Below are positions 61,763-64,000 of a stretch of 64,000 nt of DNA, one piece after another. Both the position numbers and the translations under genes were made by a program. Every line of letters begins with the position of its first letter. Within the stretch, counting starts at the first letter, position 1. The stretch is from assembly GCA_963704725.1 (NCBI GenBank), contig OY969934.1, forward strand, positions 1,120,001-1,184,000. The letters run 5' to 3'. This DNA comes from an uncultured Actinomycetes bacterium. GTDB taxonomy: Bacteria; Actinomycetota; UBA4738; HRBIN12. The notes under the pieces are model-generated. The model saw nothing but the letters and a program-made list of their open reading frames with translations. It was not told the origin of the DNA and did no database searches.

Positions 61763-62587
61763 GTGTCCACCATCGCCTATCAGGGAGAGCCGGGCGCCTA
61801 CAGCGAGCGAGCGGTGCTCTCGCTGTTCCCGGACGCCGAGCCGATGCCGTGCGAGACGATCCGCCTGGCGTTCTCGCGCGTGACGAGTGGGGAGGCCGAT
61901 CACGGCGTCGTCCCCGTCGAGAACTCCCAGGCCGGATCGGTCAACGAGACGTACGAGCTTCTCCTGCGCTCGAGCATGGTCCACATCACCGGCGAGGTCG
62001 TGCTCCGCGTCGACCACGCGCTGCTCGGCCCGCCGGGGGCGCGGCTCGAAGGCATCCGCCGCGCCTACTCGCACTGGCAGGCCCTCGCCCAGTGTGAGGA
62101 GTTCCTGACGGCGCACCGGATCGATCCGGTTCCGGTGCACGACACGGCGGGGGGCGCGCGGATGGTCGCCGAGCGAGCCGGGGCCGACGAGGCCGCGATC
62201 GCGAGCGTCGAGGCGGGGACCCGGCTCGGCCTGACCGTGCTCGCCGAGCACATCCAGACCTACCCCGACAACTTCACGAAGTTCGCCGTCATCGGGACTC
62301 GGGACGCCGAGCTCGGGACGCCGAACAAGACGTCGCTGGTGATGGCGGGTGACGACCGGCCCGGATCGCTGTTCCGGTCCCTGAAGCCGCTCGCCGAGGC
62401 CGGCGTGAACCTCACGAAGCTCGAGTCCCGGCCCCGCCGCGGCGCCCCGTTCGAGTACGTCTTCTACATCGACCTCGACGGGTCGCTCGAGGAACCCCGC
62501 GTGGCCGCCGCGCTCGACGAGGTCCGGCTCCACACGTCGATGCTGAAGGTCCTGGGGTCCTATCCCGCGTCCAAGGGCCCCGTCTGA
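61763..62587 (+). CDS. pheA: prephenate dehydratase
   Basis: YQGEPGAYSE, PVENS..G, SH.QALAQC, N.T.F, ACT domain NLTKLESRP. Confidence 0.93.
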   Translation: MSTIAYQGEPGAYSERAVLSLFPDAEPMPCETIRLAFSRVTSGEADHGVVPVENSQAGSVNETYELLLRSSMVHITGEVVLRVDHALLGPPGARLEGIRRAYSHWQALAQCEEFLTAHRIDPVPVHDTAGGARMVAERAGADEAAIASVEAGTRLGLTVLAEHIQTYPDNFTKFAVIGTRDAELGTPNKTSLVMAGDDRPGSLFRSLKPLAEAGVNLTKLESRPRRGAPFEYVFYIDLDGSLEEPRVAAALDEVRLHTSMLKVLGSYPASKGPV

Positions 62588-62685
62588 GCGAGTCCGCCTC
62601 CGCCATCCGGCGGGCGAGCGTTCGCCCGGGACCGAGCCCGTCCGACCGATAGGAGCGCCCGGGGGACGGGGCTACGCTACGAAGC

Positions 62686-63513
62686 GTGCCTTCCTCCCTG
62701 CGGGAACGGCTCGCCCGGCGCCTCGAGGAGATGCGGGACGGCGCGGGGTTCGGGCCCACGTCGGGCGCGCCGGCCGAACCGGAGCCGACGGCCCTCGGCG
62801 CGATCGCCCTCGACGACGACGACGCTCGCGGCTGGCTCCTCGCCCACCAGCGCGAGGACGGCGGCTTCGGGCTCGTCGCCGGCCCCGTCAATAGCGACGC
62901 GCCCACCTCGCTCGCCGCGCTGGCCCTTCCTCCGGGCGAGGCCAGGGAGCGGACCCTCGACTACCTGGTGGAGCATCGCGTCGACCGGTCGCCCTCCTAC
63001 GACGTCGCGCCCCACGATCCGAAGACGCGGGGGTGGGGATGGACACGGGGCACGTTCGGATGGATCGAGCCCACGGCCCGCGCCCTGCTCGCGCTCCGCC
63101 GGTACCGGCCGGAGGCCTCCGAGGAGATCGACGACGGGCTCGCCGTGATCGCCGACCGCGAGTGCCGCGGCGGGGGTTGGAACTTCGGGAACTCGATCGT
63201 CTACGACGTGCCGCTCCCTCCCTACGCGCAGACCACCGCCATGGCCCTGATCGGGATCCGGGGCGCGCTGGCGGATCAGGCCGCCCGCGGGCTCGAGGTC
63301 CTCCGCACGCTGTGGTCGCGGGAGCCCGGCGTCCTCGGCCTGGCCCTGTCGCTGGCGGCGTTCCGGCTCGCCGGCGACGCCGAGGCCGACGCGGTCGAGC
63401 GGACGTTGGAGCGCCGCCTCGACGAGGAGGTCCTCCACGACGACGTCGTGGCGGCGGCGTGGGCGGCGATCGCGACGGGCGACGGGCTCCACGCGCTCGA
63501 GGTGCCGCCGTGA
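62686..63513 (+). CDS. prenyltransferase/squalene-cyclase-repeat (alpha/alpha toroid) protein
   Basis: WLLAHQREDGGF, GWGW....GWIEPTA..LLAL, GGWNFGN. Confidence 0.7.
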   Translation: MPSSLRERLARRLEEMRDGAGFGPTSGAPAEPEPTALGAIALDDDDARGWLLAHQREDGGFGLVAGPVNSDAPTSLAALALPPGEARERTLDYLVEHRVDRSPSYDVAPHDPKTRGWGWTRGTFGWIEPTARALLALRRYRPEASEEIDDGLAVIADRECRGGGWNFGNSIVYDVPLPPYAQTTAMALIGIRGALADQAARGLEVLRTLWSREPGVLGLALSLAAFRLAGDAEADAVERTLERRLDEEVLHDDVVAAAWAAIATGDGLHALEVPP

Positions 63514-64000
63514 CCGGCCATCGCCATCCGCCCGATCCTGTCGGGTCCGAGCCCCGGACGCTGGATCGGCGGACGTTCATCAAGCGAGCCGCCCAGGTCG
63601 CGGTGGGATCGGCCGCGCTCGGCACCGCGGGCGGCGTGCTGGTGCCGAGGCTCCTCGACCGGCTCCGTCGTCCGTGGGACGCAGGAGCCTTCCCGCCGCC
63701 GGGGACCCCGCCCGTCGCCGTGGTGCGGGCCGCCTCGTACGACGGCGACCTGGAGGCCCTCGTGCTCGACGGGCTGCGCGAGATCGGGGCCGACGTGGCC
63801 GGCCGGTCGGTGTTGCTGAAGCCGAACCTCGTCGAGTTCGATCCCGCCACGGTGATCAACACCGACCCCAGGCTGGTCGCGGCCACGGTGTCGGCGATGC
63901 GCCGCCTCGGAGCGGCCTCCGTCGTCGTCGGCGAGGGGCCGGGACACCGCCGGGACACGGGGTACGTGATCGGCGCGTCGGGGCTGCGAGACGCCCTCGC
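63510..64000 (+). CDS. DUF362 domain protein with Tat-like signal, runs off the window end
   Basis: GTGA coupling; DRRTFIK; VLLKPNLV, T.PRLV.A, V.VGEGPG. Confidence 0.8.
   Translation, partial: MTGHRHPPDPVGSEPRTLDRRTFIKRAAQVAVGSAALGTAGGVLVPRLLDRLRRPWDAGAFPPPGTPPVAVVRAASYDGDLEALVLDGLREIGADVAGRSVLLKPNLVEFDPATVINTDPRLVAATVSAMRRLGAASVVVGEGPGHRRDTGYVIGASGLRDAL

Overview
Very GC-rich bacterial chromosomal segment, most consistent with an Actinomycetota lineage (inference from LigB-type ligase, Flp/Tad locus without secretin, GT87, many leaderless TANNNT promoters). At least 7 otherwise intact genes carry frameshifts, which looks like long-read indel error. Layout: 1-9.6 kb arabinose/galactose catabolism with a sugar ABC importer. 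9.7-11.6 kb an orphan flagellar-derived trio (FlgN-like chaperone, a 64-aa peptide resembling only the FlgL C-terminus, FliA/WhiG sigma-28) with no other flagellar genes in the window. 11.6-22 kb ligase, cyclase-STAND-TPR protein, GT1, cupredoxin, OsmC, an 11-mer repeat protein and an M23 peptidase. 22.4-42 kb an accessory region of secreted surface proteins (IPT/TIG, nidogen-like, three RTX-type Ca-binding proteins, NAGPA), duplicated rmlC, an ECF sigma fused to a TM and extracellular domain, five toxin-antitoxin modules, an AAA-DUF234 protein and an IS630 remnant. 42-52 kb PPK2, polyamine ABC, cyclophilin, channel-like protein, ArsR-SRPBCC, YyaL and GT87. 52-61.7 kb three kinase-less NarL/LuxR regulators (one atypical and WhiI-like, with sigma-28-type promoters), a GT-C-like membrane protein and a minimal Flp/Tad operon. 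Then pheA and a DUF362 gene cut by the window edge. Best candidate for an undescribed system: FlgN/mini-FlgL/sigma-28 and its apparent regulon next to the Tad locus. No rRNA, tRNA or CRISPR array was seen.
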